Virus record (IMG/VR): IMGVR_UViG_3300045988_154040
DNA from: a virus
DNA length: 64,000 nucleotides
Direction: 5' to 3' (one strand)
Both the position numbers and the translations under genes were made by a program. The notes beneath the pieces were generated by a model. It was not told the origin of the DNA. It made no database searches and worked only from the letters and a program-made list of their open reading frames with translations. Each line of letters begins with the position of its first letter. Positions within the stretch are counted from its first letter, which is position 1. Of this stretch, positions 36,082 through 46,039 are shown piece by piece.

Positions 36082-37128
36082 ATGGCTGATATTTATTTGG
36101 CTGGTGTAGCCACAGTTGATTTGTACGATGGACGGGAATTATTTTCCACAGCAAAAACTCTGGTAGATTCTTCGATTTCTTTAAACGTATCTTTGGAGGA
36201 AATTCGTGCAGGACAGGGCGCAAAGCTGTACGGTAAGTATGCACATTCCTCTGTAATGGACCTTAACCTTACAGACGCTATGTTCCGTTTGGAATATATT
36301 GCTAAGAATGTAGGTAGTGAAATTTCTATTGGAGGTACGGCAATTTTTAATGAGCAGGTTACAGTTTCTACTGCTGGAAGTATTGATGTAACCAATACTC
36401 CTGTCTCATTTGGAAGCTATGGAGCGGTAGTTTGGTATAAGAAACCTTCGGAATCTTCTTGGACTTCTGCTATACCAAATGGTAAAACTGTTAGTATCAC
36501 TGGTGCAACAGTAGGAGAAATTTATTGTGTTAAGTATGCAAATACTTTTGATTCTATGCGAGTATTAACAGTAAATGCTAACTTTATTCCTGCGACTGTT
36601 CATGCGGTTATGACTGCTTCACTTTTCCAGGGTAACAGTAATAATCCTAATGATGCCAATACGACAAAGATTGGTGAGGTTCAGATTGATATTCCACGTC
36701 TTATGCTTTCTGGTGCGCAGGATATCACTATGAATATGACAGGTGCGGCTCAAACACCTCTTACTGGTTCAGCATTGGCTACCAGTGAAACAGAAGGGTG
36801 TGAAGAGGATGCTATTTACGGTACTATTAAAGAAATTATTAATGGTGCCAATTGGGTTAATGACGCATATGCTTTAGCTATTACTCAGCCTGATATAGAA
36901 CTTACTGTTGGAGAAAAGGAAACTATTAGTGCTTATGCATTAATTAGAAATGCTTCTCCTAAAAAAGTAAATCCAACTCAGTTGACATTTACAAGCTCTG
37001 CTATTGCTACTGCCACTGTAGAGAACACAGGCGAAGTAAAAGGTGTAGCGGCTGGTACTACTACGATAAACGTAGCTTTAACCGCTAATCCTACAATAGA
37101 AGGTTTTGCTAATGTAACTGTGGCATAA
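36082..37128 (+). CDS. major tail (tube) protein with C-terminal Big_2 Ig-like domain
   Basis: C-terminus TFTSSAIATATVENTGEVKGVAAGTTTINVALTANPTIEGFANVTV is a typical Big_2 domain. Elevated GC. No sheath gene was seen, so the phage is probably a siphovirus. Confidence 0.6.
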   Translation: MADIYLAGVATVDLYDGRELFSTAKTLVDSSISLNVSLEEIRAGQGAKLYGKYAHSSVMDLNLTDAMFRLEYIAKNVGSEISIGGTAIFNEQVTVSTAGSIDVTNTPVSFGSYGAVVWYKKPSESSWTSAIPNGKTVSITGATVGEIYCVKYANTFDSMRVLTVNANFIPATVHAVMTASLFQGNSNNPNDANTTKIGEVQIDIPRLMLSGAQDITMNMTGAAQTPLTGSALATSETEGCEEDAIYGTIKEIINGANWVNDAYALAITQPDIELTVGEKETISAYALIRNASPKKVNPTQLTFTSSAIATATVENTGEVKGVAAGTTTINVALTANPTIEGFANVTVA

Positions 37129-37154
37129 TGTCTTTTACGAGTTTGTAACCATAG

Positions 37155-37188
37155 AAATGGGAATGAGAGATACCTCTTGTTCCCATTT
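37155..37188 (+). terminator. hairpin after the tail tube gene
   Basis: AAATGGGAA...TTCCCATTT 9-bp stem with no clear T-run. Confidence 0.4.
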
Positions 37189-37217
37189 GTACATAATTTA
37201 GAAAGAGGTGTAAAAGT

Positions 37218-37556
37218 ATGTGTCCAGATTCATATAAAGATAAAGTAGGAAACAGAGAAATGATTAAATGTCGTAAACAAGGAGGAAATATATGTCCTTT
37301 TGTTTATTGGTGTGAGAAAATTCAGGATTGGAAACCTTTAAGAGATACTCAGGAAACTTGTATGATTAGAACTAGGGTGGAAAAACCAGATAATGCCAGC
37401 ATAGTTAGATTTGAAAAGAAAGGCCAGCTATATATAGAATATGATAACGGAGTAATTGTATTAGATAATCCTTTTAATTTTGTGCCTAAATATGTTACTT
37501 TAATTAAAGGCAAAAATGGAACTTTTTACATTAATAAGAAAAAAGGATATCAGTAA
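37218..37556 (+). CDS. Cys-rich hypothetical protein
   Basis: MCPDSYKD...CRKQGGNICPFVYWCEK...; 112 aa. Confidence 0.5.
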   Translation: MCPDSYKDKVGNREMIKCRKQGGNICPFVYWCEKIQDWKPLRDTQETCMIRTRVEKPDNASIVRFEKKGQLYIEYDNGVIVLDNPFNFVPKYVTLIKGKNGTFYINKKKGYQ

Positions 37557-37599
37557 TAATTATTATATTAAAGGTCCGAAAGTCTTTATAAAATAAAAA

Positions 37600-37635
37600 A
37601 AGAGTTATATAACATAAAAAATATAACTCTTTTTA
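37600..37635 (+). terminator. rho-independent terminator
   Basis: AAGAGTTATAT (37600-37610) pairs with ATATAACTCTT (37621-37631), followed by a T-run. Confidence 0.65.
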
Positions 37636-37664
37636 TTGACATTATAACAAATAGATGATATAAT
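37636..37664 (+). promoter_or_regulatory. consensus sigma-A promoter TTGACA-17 bp-TATAAT for the MazF cassette
   Basis: TTGACA at 37636-37641 and TATAAT at 37659-37664. Confidence 0.7.
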
Positions 37665-37693
37665 AACCTTATAAAAATATAAGGAGGTTTATT

Positions 37694-38140
37694 ATGAAAC
37701 TTGGATTTAATGATTTGATTGAAGCGTATAATGAATTCAAATTTATTCAAAGTACTTATAAAGGAGAAAAAACAGACTGGTACGAAGTTCATTTAAAACT
37801 TTACAATCTTATGAAAAGTTTAAACGAAGATGTACGTCAGAGCGGTAATTATAGCTTTAATCTTTTTGTTAAGAGAAATTTATTATCCGCAATAGAAGAA
37901 GAGTATACCAGAGTAGGTAAAATTATTGATGAAAAAGAAAGAAAAGAAATGGAAAAATCTAATAAAAATACAAGATATTGCCCTAAATGCGGAAAACCTT
38001 TATTTTTTCGTCAAATAATGTTTGAAGGAAGCATACATTATCATTCTGAATGTAAAGGATGCCATTACAGACCTAAAAGCCTTCCAGGAAAAACGATACA
38101 GGAATCTTTAGAATTGTTAGATAATTGGCTTAATAAATAA
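37694..38140 (+). CDS. zinc-ribbon protein; candidate non-canonical antitoxin partner of MazF
   Basis: YCPKCGKP...HSECKGCHY. Lies 30 nt upstream of mazF in the same promoter-terminator unit. It has no RHH/AbrB-like MazE features. Confidence 0.5.
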   Translation: MKLGFNDLIEAYNEFKFIQSTYKGEKTDWYEVHLKLYNLMKSLNEDVRQSGNYSFNLFVKRNLLSAIEEEYTRVGKIIDEKERKEMEKSNKNTRYCPKCGKPLFFRQIMFEGSIHYHSECKGCHYRPKSLPGKTIQESLELLDNWLNK

Positions 38141-38170
38141 ATTAAGCTACATAAATAAGGAGATATTTTT

Positions 38171-38527
38171 ATGAGATATAAACAAAATGTTTGTCGTGGA
38201 GATGTTTTTTATGCAGATTTAAACCCAGTGATAGGAAGTGAACAAGGAGGGATTCGTCCTGTATTGATATTACAAAATAATATAGGAAATAGATTCAGTC
38301 CTACAATTATAGTTGTTCCTTTGACAACTAAGCCCAAAAAGTGTTTACCCATGCATCATGTTATAACTAAAGGCAATTACGAGTTTCTTTTGGCTGATAG
38401 TATAGCATTAGTAGAACAGATAAGAAGTATTGATAGAAGCCGTTTAAAAGAATGGATTGGTTCATTATTAGATAAAGATGTTGAACGAATTTATACTAAG
38501 GCTATTATCAACTTAGCTAGGGATTAA
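38171..38527 (+). CDS. mazF: MazF/PemK-family endoribonuclease toxin
   Basis: [43 protein letters not shown]...[17 protein letters not shown] is close to B. subtilis EndoA ([43 protein letters not shown]...DSVILLEQIRTIDKQRL). Confidence 0.92.
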   Translation: [118 protein letters not shown]

Positions 38528-38553
38528 TTATAAAAAAGAGGGGAGGTAACTTT

Positions 38554-38931
38554 TTGGTGGACGAAGCGGCAGTGCAGGAAATTAAATCGGACTTAAAGGC
38601 CGCGAATGATAAAATAAATGACCATGAAGTTAAGTTGGTTCGTTTGGAAGAATCTCATAAATACATTACACAAATGGCAGAAGATGTTATAGGAGTTACA
38701 AAAGAATTAAATACCACCATGCAGAATGTACAATTAGCTATGATAGGAATACAGGGGAATATGGAAAATTTAACTACTGATATGGGAGATATTAAAGAAC
38801 GAATGAACAAATTTGAAGATGATAATAATATTAATGTTCTTTCTGCCATTAAGAAAAATTGGAAAACTATTGTACTTGCATTAGCTTTTATTAGTTATGT
38901 TATGTTGAGTAAATATGGAATCCATATTTAA
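38554..38931 (+). CDS. XhlA-like coiled-coil protein with C-terminal TM anchor
   Basis: Heptad-rich N-terminus plus C-terminal WKTIVLALAFISYVMLSKYG; directly upstream of the holin, as in the PBSX xhlA-xhlB arrangement. Confidence 0.5.
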   Translation: MVDEAAVQEIKSDLKAANDKINDHEVKLVRLEESHKYITQMAEDVIGVTKELNTTMQNVQLAMIGIQGNMENLTTDMGDIKERMNKFEDDNNINVLSAIKKNWKTIVLALAFISYVMLSKYGIHI

Positions 38932-38961
38932 TCATAGAAACTTAAAATTTATTTTTAAAGA

Positions 38962-39246
38962 ATGAAAGGAAGGTTTAATATGCCAGATTTTGGAATTGTT
39001 TCTATCCCAGCTATTGTTGTAATTGCTTATCTTGCAGGAAGTATTGTAAAGAATTATACTCCGCTTGAAAACAATAAGATTTTGCCTATTGTTGGTATAG
39101 TGGGGGGTATATGTGGAGTGGTAGGTTTCCATATTATGCCTGATTTTCCTGCTCAGGATGTTATGACAGCGGCGGCAGTGGGTATTGTATCGGGAATGGC
39201 CTCTACGTGGGTAGACCAGACCGTAAAGAAGGTTACAAACAAGTAA
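38962..39246 (+). CDS. holin
   Basis: 94 aa with hydrophobic segments IPAIVVIAYLAGSIV, ILPIVGIVGGICGVVGF and AAAVGIVSGMAS and a basic C-terminus. Resembles Clostridium/Bacillus phage holins, from memory. Confidence 0.7.
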   Translation: MKGRFNMPDFGIVSIPAIVVIAYLAGSIVKNYTPLENNKILPIVGIVGGICGVVGFHIMPDFPAQDVMTAAAVGIVSGMASTWVDQTVKKVTNK

Positions 39247-39360
39247 TGGCAAGTACAAATCATTAAAGATAGGTTGATGATAACTTGTTACACTTAAGGG
39301 AGAGTGAGAGTTATACTCTTTTGTACTCTCCCATACATATAAACATAGCAAAGAAAGGAA

Positions 39361-39801
39361 ATGAATACTATGAAAAAAATTGGAATTACTTCAACTTATA
39401 TTGAGGAATTTGATGTATATGTTAATACTTATATGACGTTAAGCGAGGTAGAATTAATCGCTAAGAAGATGATGTTAGGTAAAACTTATACAGAAGAAAT
39501 TTTAATCCGTGATAATCTTATTGTTAAATTACTTACAAATATAACAGATGAAGAAGGAGATGATTACGATTATTTGGTAAATAGTGGCTTAATGGATAAG
39601 ATACTGAATTCTATTAAGAACTTACATTTAATTGATGAATATATTAATCATGCGCGTAATACTTCTTTCGCAGTTATTACTTTTCTTAATACCTTATCTA
39701 AAAATTTAGATAAGTATGGTAAAAAATTACCTTCAACTATAGAGTTAAAGGAAATGTTAAAAGAGATTAAAGATATTGAATTACCTTTAAAAAATAATTA
39801 A
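39361..39801 (+). CDS. acidic protein; possible tail assembly chaperone (position only)
   Basis: 146-aa acidic ORF upstream of the tape measure gene; no slippery-site extension found. Confidence 0.35.
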   Translation: MNTMKKIGITSTYIEEFDVYVNTYMTLSEVELIAKKMMLGKTYTEEILIRDNLIVKLLTNITDEEGDDYDYLVNSGLMDKILNSIKNLHLIDEYINHARNTSFAVITFLNTLSKNLDKYGKKLPSTIELKEMLKEIKDIELPLKNN

Positions 39802-39813
39802 GGAGGTAATATT

Positions 39814-40326
39814 ATGCCAATAGCTAAGAACGCGGCTGAATTTTATGGTATTTTTAATGAGCCTGTTCATAAAGCGGTTGAATATGTTATGGATAATATA
39901 TTAACCAATTATAAACATCTTATTAATCAGATTGTTTACGGAAGAAGCCCAGAAGAATATGAAAGAACATATGAATTTCTTGAATCTTGGGAAGCTAAAT
40001 CCAATAAAACAAGACAGGGTGCAGTAGGAGAAATGAGTCAAAATGTATCTTTTATGAGTTATAATCCAGAAGCTTTTCAGCATGGAAGTTTATACACTTC
40101 TTATGGAGATGTAAGAGATGAATTGGCAGGAATTATTTATCAGGGATTAGGAGGGAATTTGTTTGGAGATGGTTGGTGGACTAATCCTCGTGACCCTTGG
40201 ACACCATTAATTCAGCAATTAAATGAAGGGAAGAAGCTAAGAGAGTGGTTTATTGAAGGAATGGAAAGACAAGGAATACAATGTCGTTCTGTAGGTGTAG
40301 GCCATAATATTAGTTCGTTTTGGTAA
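39814..40326 (+). CDS. hypothetical protein
   Basis: 170-aa ORF with RBS AAGGAGG. Confidence 0.5.
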   Translation: MPIAKNAAEFYGIFNEPVHKAVEYVMDNILTNYKHLINQIVYGRSPEEYERTYEFLESWEAKSNKTRQGAVGEMSQNVSFMSYNPEAFQHGSLYTSYGDVRDELAGIIYQGLGGNLFGDGWWTNPRDPWTPLIQQLNEGKKLREWFIEGMERQGIQCRSVGVGHNISSFW

Positions 40327-40333
40327 AAGAATT

Positions 40334-40909
40334 ATGAAAAATGTAATATTAGGTTTAGATATGAGTACCCTTTCTTCTGGGTACTCTGTTTTTGATTCCA
40401 AGAAAAAGTTAGTGGATTATGGAGTTTGGAAACAAGACAAGAAAGTTTTATGGAGAGACAGATGTATAAATATGGGGAATGAACTATCTAAATTAATAGA
40501 TGTTTGTTCCCCTTCTTTGATTTATTGTGAAGATACTATTCTTAATGGTGAGTGTGGTGGCAATGTTCAAACAGTTAAAATGCTTTCTGTATTACAAGGA
40601 ATTGTTTTAGGTGTTTCTAATGTTCATGGAGTAGAAATAAAATTCCTTATGCCGTCTACATGGCGCAAAGATTTAGGAGTGTATGATGGAACAAGAGAAG
40701 GAACTAAACGTCCTATGATGAAATATAAAACAATTCAAGTAGTAAATCAAATTTATGGACTTAATTTATTTTATAATTTAAATATACCTAAGTCTGTAAA
40801 GAATCAAGATGATATAGGAGATGCTATTGGCATAGTACATTCTCAGCTTTTCCCAGTTGAAAATGTAAATGTAAAGAAAGGAATGGGGAGAAAAGCCAAA
40901 ACAAAATAA
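40334..40909 (+). CDS. RuvC-like Holliday junction resolvase
   Basis: ILGLDMS (Asp), IYCEDT (Glu) and NQDDIGDAIGIVH (Asp) are in RuvC order. Confidence 0.75.
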   Translation: MKNVILGLDMSTLSSGYSVFDSKKKLVDYGVWKQDKKVLWRDRCINMGNELSKLIDVCSPSLIYCEDTILNGECGGNVQTVKMLSVLQGIVLGVSNVHGVEIKFLMPSTWRKDLGVYDGTREGTKRPMMKYKTIQVVNQIYGLNLFYNLNIPKSVKNQDDIGDAIGIVHSQLFPVENVNVKKGMGRKAKTK

Positions 40910-40925
40910 AAAGGAGTGAGTTATT

Positions 40926-43900
40926 GTGGCTTTAAATAGTAGTAATTTTCAAATTTTGGTTGCGGCTACATTAGATGCCGCTAATATACAAAAACAGTTA
41001 GATACAATCTCTAAAAGGTATAAAACAATAAAGATTAATTTAGATGTGGATACAACATCTTTAAATAATGCCACTAACTCATTAAATAATTGTAAACAAT
41101 CTATTACAGAAACAGGAACAGCGGCACAAAATACTTCTCAAAGTATTGGAGATATTATAAATAAAGTAACTAAATTTGGTGCGGCTACTTTAGTTATAAA
41201 TAAATTTAGGCAAGCAATTGTTGATGGATATGAAGCAGTAAAAGAACTGGATGCTTCTGTAACTGAATATAGAAAAGTATCAGAACTTACAGATTCCCAA
41301 ATGGGAGGATTCATTGATACTGCCAGAGAATTAGGATTGACTGTAGCAAGAACAGCAGATGAAATGGTAGAAGCGGCTACTGAATTTAAAAAGATGGGAA
41401 ATGATGATTCTACATCTTTACAATTAGGTAGATTAGCAACTATGTTTCAAAATATTGCTGATGAAGCGATAAGTGCTGGTGATAGTGCTAGTTTTATTAA
41501 TTCTCAGATGAAAGCATTTAATTTTACAGCAAATGAAGCTATTCATGTTTTGGATGCTGTTAATGAAGTTGCTAATAATTTTGCTGTATCTTCGGGAGAT
41601 ATATCTATAGCTTTGCCTAAAGTTGCTAGTACAATGGCATTGGCTGGTAACTCTTTTGAAGAAACTATAGGATTACTTACTGCTGGTGCCGAATTAATTC
41701 CTAATCAGGCTTCCAGAATTGCTAGAGGCTTACGTTCTATTACTTTAAATCTTCAAGGACTTAATGAAGATGGAGAACAAGTTGCTGGTATGGCGGCTTC
41801 TATGCAGGAAGAATTTGATAAGTTAGGTATTTCTTTATTAGACGAACAAGGTCAAATTAAAAGTACTTATGAAATTTTTAGCGAATTAGCAGAAATTTTT
41901 CCAAAGTTGGATAAGAATACACAAACATATTATGCTAGTTTAATTGGTGGTAAAACTCAGGTAGATGTAGTAACAGCTATTCTTAAAAACTTTGAAACCG
42001 CTCTTAACGCTACTGATACAGCATTGAATTCTGTTGGTTCTGCAATGGAAGAAAATGAAAAATATATGGATTCTATTCAAGGTAAGTTATCAGCTTTAAA
42101 TTCTGAGTTTGAGAAATTTTGGACAGAAGGAATTAATTCAGAATTAGTAAAGCAGATAATTGAATTTGGTACAGGTGTACTTAAATTAGTAAATGATTTA
42201 GGTGGCTTGCCCACAATTCTTACTGCTGTAGTAGGTATTATAGCAACTTTAAAAGGTTATTCTCTTGTTAATTATATAACAAAAATAACAAAGTCTATTA
42301 CAAGTACTATTGGAGTAATAAAAGGTTTACAAGCGGAAGGTTTTACTCTTATTAATGTTTTTAATGGAATGACCTCTGCCGCTACAAAGTTTCAGATTGC
42401 GGCTGGTGCATTAACTCTTATTATTACTGCTACTGTAGGAATAATGGCTTCTTTAAAACAAAAACAAGAAGAAGCTAGAAATGCGGCTTTACAAGCAGGA
42501 GAAGCTTTTAATTCACAAGCACAAGATTTAAATAACTTATTAGAAAAATATAATGATATTTGGGATTCAGAAGATTCAGAAGGTGAAAAAGCCAAACAGT
42601 TAGCAGAGTTAAGGGAAACTTTAGCTACTCAATACGGTTTAGAAAAAGAAGCTTTAGATAATTTAAATGGTTCCAGAGAAGCAGGAAACAAATTATTAAA
42701 TGATGAAATTCAGAAAAGGGCAGAATCTACTTATGCTCAATATCTTTCTGAAATACAAAAAGCACAAGAATATTTAACACGTACAGATTTTAGCGTTACT
42801 TTGCCTATAACAATTGATGAAAATACTTTTAAAGATGAAACCAGAAATAAAATTAATCAAATTTTTGGTGAAATGGCTGTTGAATTTGATAATGGAGTAA
42901 TTGCTTTCCAGGGCGGTTCAGAAAAATTGAAAAATGCTATGGAACAAGCTATTATTTATTTGTCTAAATTAAAAGAGCCTACAGAAAATGAAAGTTTATT
43001 ATTAGCTTCATTGCAACATGATTTGACAAAAGTTGCAGAAGGATATAATGACAATACAGAAGTTATTCAAAAATATGCGGAAGTAATTGCAAGAAATACA
43101 CCAGAAGTTACAAAATTTATTAATGGCCAATACGAAACTAAAGAAGCAATGGAAGAAGCAAAAAAAGCTGCTTTAAATTCCGTTGGTCCTTTTAAAGAAA
43201 TAAAAACAGCAATAGAAAATTTAACTAATACTGCATTTCCAGAATTTATAGTTAATCAAGAAGAAACTACTACTGGTATGCACAATCAAAAAGATGAAGC
43301 AGACGAATTAGCAAAAACTCTTAAGGAATTATCGGGTGAATTATCAGGAGTACAAGGTGCTTATGATACTTTAAGTGAGGTTGCAAAAGAATATAATGAG
43401 ACAGGTAGTTTAACAGCTACTACTTTAGCTAATTTATTAAAACTTAATCCAGAATATTTACAAGCATTGTCTATGGAAAATGGACAGTTGATAGTAAATA
43501 CAGATATGCTTAATCAGATGGCTCAAGGACATGCTACAAGCGCGTACGAAGCGTTAACAGGAGTTACGGGAATAAGTGCTTTTGGTAATGCGTTAGAAGG
43601 TACTGCAACAGCAGGAGAAGCCGCCGCTCAACGAATTGCAGAAGCCGGGAATGCCGCTATTACAGCAGGTCAAAAAGCTTTTGAAGGAGCAAAAGGTTTT
43701 GAATCACTTATAGGAAGTATAGCGGCTTTTGCTGGTACTTTAAAAGCTGGTATAAGTGGTGATAAGGGAGATGGAACAAGAGATTATGGTCATGGATTTG
43801 ATTCGCAAGTTGCCGCTTATCAAGAAAACGAACGTAAAAAGTTTTATGAGGACCTTATTGCTAAAATGCATATAGATACAAGCGGAGGTAGTAAAAAAGG

Positions 43901-45455
43901 TGGAGGTGGAGGTGGCGGAAAAGATAGTGCTGAAAAAGCCGCTAAAGAAGCCGCCAAAGCATACAAAGAAGAATTTGAAAAACGTATCAGTGAAATTAAA
44001 TTTAAATTTGATATGGGAGATGTTACTGAACTAGGTTATTGGAAAGAAGTAGATAAAATAGTTCAGGAATTTTATGCAAATAACGAAGCATATGCGGAAG
44101 AATATAGAGACTGGACAACTAAAATACAAAAGGGAATGGTATCTGGTACTAAAGCAAATTTTGAATTAGAAAGAGATGCTTTAGACCATAAATTAGCTAT
44201 GGATTTGATTTCTCAAGAAACTTATTATAGAGAACTTGAGAAATTAAGACAAAAATATTATGCTCAAGACCCTATTTATGCGGCACAGAGTGAAGATATA
44301 GAAGAAGAAATTTACGCTTTTAAGAAAAAGAAAATGAAAGATTTGGCAGAAGAACGTAAGAGACAGCGTAAAAAAGAATGGGATGAAGAAACTGATTGGT
44401 TAAATGAACAGAAGTCTCGTTATGAGACAGCATTTAATTATATTGATTCTTTAGCTCAAAAAGAGATTGACGCTCTTGAAGAACAAAAGAAAGCTATTGA
44501 AGATAAATACAATGCAGAGATAGATAAAATTAATGAAACACAAGATGCTTTAAATGATGAAATTGAATTGCAGGAAAAGTTAGAAGCTTTAGCCAAAGCT
44601 CAGAATACAAAGATTAGAGTTTATCGTGAAGGTGTAGGTTTTGTTTATGAAAATGACCAGTCTGCCGTAGATGAAGCCAAAGCCGCTCTTACACAGTATC
44701 AGAAAGAACAGGATACTAAGAAAGAGATTAAACGATTAGAAGATATTAGAGATGCTACAATTGAAAGTGTAGAGGAACAGATTAAGTATTGGGAAAAGTA
44801 TAGGGATGAATGGAAAGACATGGTTAATTCCTATACAGAACAACAAAACAAACTTATTGCTGAACAGGTTTTAGGTATTTCACTTGAAGGTGAAAACTGG
44901 GAAAAACGTTTAGGAAATTTACAAGATTATGTTGACCGTTATAACAGTATTCTTTCTCAATTAAAACGTAGGGGAGATTATGACGATGATTACGATGACG
45001 ATGATTATGATTATGGTACAGGAGGAAGTGGTGGTTCTGCTGGCGGTGGTGGAACTATTGGCCCTGGCGACCATGCTGGTAGTGGTGGACATTGGGATTC
45101 TAGTGATTCTTCTCATGGCCCTGGTGCTGCCGCTAATGGCACTACAACTGGTCATGGACTTACAATGGTAGGAGAAAAAGGTAGAGAATTAAGAGTTTTA
45201 GGTAGTGGTGTAAATGAAGCTGATGGTATTGTTCCTAATCATTTGACTGAGAATCTTATGAAATTAGGACAATATTCTCCTAGGGAATGGATTAATGCTA
45301 TTACTCATAATCCAGGTAATCAGCAAAATTCAACACAATATTCTTATGTGTTTGATAGTCTGGTATTACCTAATGTAACTAATGCAGATAGTTTTATTAG
45401 CGAATTGAAGAATATTAAAAATCAGGCAATTCAAATGGGAGGAAAGAGGTCTTAA
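40926..45455 (+). CDS. tail tape measure protein (1509 aa)
   Basis: Very long, helix-rich ORF with central TM-like segments and Gly-rich and Asp/Tyr-rich low-complexity tracts; located after the tail tube. Confidence 0.9.
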   Translation: MALNSSNFQILVAATLDAANIQKQLDTISKRYKTIKINLDVDTTSLNNATNSLNNCKQSITETGTAAQNTSQSIGDIINKVTKFGAATLVINKFRQAIVDGYEAVKELDASVTEYRKVSELTDSQMGGFIDTARELGLTVARTADEMVEAATEFKKMGNDDSTSLQLGRLATMFQNIADEAISAGDSASFINSQMKAFNFTANEAIHVLDAVNEVANNFAVSSGDISIALPKVASTMALAGNSFEETIGLLTAGAELIPNQASRIARGLRSITLNLQGLNEDGEQVAGMAASMQEEFDKLGISLLDEQGQIKSTYEIFSELAEIFPKLDKNTQTYYASLIGGKTQVDVVTAILKNFETALNATDTALNSVGSAMEENEKYMDSIQGKLSALNSEFEKFWTEGINSELVKQIIEFGTGVLKLVNDLGGLPTILTAVVGIIATLKGYSLVNYITKITKSITSTIGVIKGLQAEGFTLINVFNGMTSAATKFQIAAGALTLIITATVGIMASLKQKQEEARNAALQAGEAFNSQAQDLNNLLEKYNDIWDSEDSEGEKAKQLAELRETLATQYGLEKEALDNLNGSREAGNKLLNDEIQKRAESTYAQYLSEIQKAQEYLTRTDFSVTLPITIDENTFKDETRNKINQIFGEMAVEFDNGVIAFQGGSEKLKNAMEQAIIYLSKLKEPTENESLLLASLQHDLTKVAEGYNDNTEVIQKYAEVIARNTPEVTKFINGQYETKEAMEEAKKAALNSVGPFKEIKTAIENLTNTAFPEFIVNQEETTTGMHNQKDEADELAKTLKELSGELSGVQGAYDTLSEVAKEYNETGSLTATTLANLLKLNPEYLQALSMENGQLIVNTDMLNQMAQGHATSAYEALTGVTGISAFGNALEGTATAGEAAAQRIAEAGNAAITAGQKAFEGAKGFESLIGSIAAFAGTLKAGISGDKGDGTRDYGHGFDSQVAAYQENERKKFYEDLIAKMHIDTSGGSKKGGGGGGGKDSAEKAAKEAAKAYKEEFEKRISEIKFKFDMGDVTELGYWKEVDKIVQEFYANNEAYAEEYRDWTTKIQKGMVSGTKANFELERDALDHKLAMDLISQETYYRELEKLRQKYYAQDPIYAAQSEDIEEEIYAFKKKKMKDLAEERKRQRKKEWDEETDWLNEQKSRYETAFNYIDSLAQKEIDALEEQKKAIEDKYNAEIDKINETQDALNDEIELQEKLEALAKAQNTKIRVYREGVGFVYENDQSAVDEAKAALTQYQKEQDTKKEIKRLEDIRDATIESVEEQIKYWEKYRDEWKDMVNSYTEQQNKLIAEQVLGISLEGENWEKRLGNLQDYVDRYNSILSQLKRRGDYDDDYDDDDYDYGTGGSGGSAGGGGTIGPGDHAGSGGHWDSSDSSHGPGAAANGTTTGHGLTMVGEKGRELRVLGSGVNEADGIVPNHLTENLMKLGQYSPREWINAITHNPGNQQNSTQYSYVFDSLVLPNVTNADSFISELKNIKNQAIQMGGKRS

Positions 45456-45491
45456 ACCTCACCTCCTTACATAAAAAAGGAGTGAGATATT

Positions 45492-45764
45492 ATGACAGGA
45501 AATTTTGATATAAATAAAGAATTGTTGGATGCAATGAGAATTATCGCAAGACAAGAAATAGAAAAATGTAATAGAGATATTACAAAAACTGCTAGAGTAA
45601 TAGCGGTAAATACTGATAAAACAGTTAAAATAGAAATGGATGGAAAACAATATGATAATATTCCTAATTATAATGGGACTACTTTAACAACTAATGATAT
45701 TGTAAAAGTAACTTATCCTCAAGGACAGACAAGTAATATGTATATATCTGGGGGGGGCGTTTAA
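45492..45764 (+). CDS. small tail protein ending in a G8 tract
   Basis: 90-aa ORF with RBS AAAGGAG; the last codons are TCT GGG GGG GGC GTT TAA. Confidence 0.6.
   Translation: MTGNFDINKELLDAMRIIARQEIEKCNRDITKTARVIAVNTDKTVKIEMDGKQYDNIPNYNGTTLTTNDIVKVTYPQGQTSNMYISGGGV
45750..45757 (+). repeat. homopolymeric G8 tract (potential slippery or contingency site)
   Basis: Read directly from the sequence. Confidence 0.95.
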
Positions 45765-46018
45765 TAATATCGGGTATAACTGATTATGGAATTTTGCAAT
45801 TAAAATCAGAATTTTCAAATCCTAGTAGTCCAGAAGGTTCGCAAATTTCATTTCATGGAATGGGTGGAGATACAGGAAAAGGTCAAGATTATTTGTGTTT
45901 AGATGCTAATAATGGAGATATAAGAATATTTGGTAATTTTGGAGGGGGAGATATTGTAAAAGTGTATGCTTTTACAAATGATGGGTTATATTTTGATGGC
46001 AGGAAAATAGGGCCTTAA
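45758..46018 (+). CDS. downstream tail-protein frame with no ATG or RBS of its own, reachable by a -1 shift in the G8 tract
   Basis: The frame is open from 45758 (CGT TTA ATA ATA TCG...) and continuous with track ORF 45794-46018. That ORF has only a TTG start and no SD sequence. Confidence 0.45.
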   Translation, partial: RLIISGITDYGILQLKSEFSNPSSPEGSQISFHGMGGDTGKGQDYLCLDANNGDIRIFGNFGGGDIVKVYAFTNDGLYFDGRKIGP

Positions 46019-46039
46019 TATAAAGGGGTGAAAAAATAA

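Noticed and set aside
38932-39351. 139-aa minus-strand ORF opposite the holin gene
   Set aside because: It fully overlaps a well-supported plus-strand holin, and its sequence is His/Tyr/Asn-rich with no motif or RBS.
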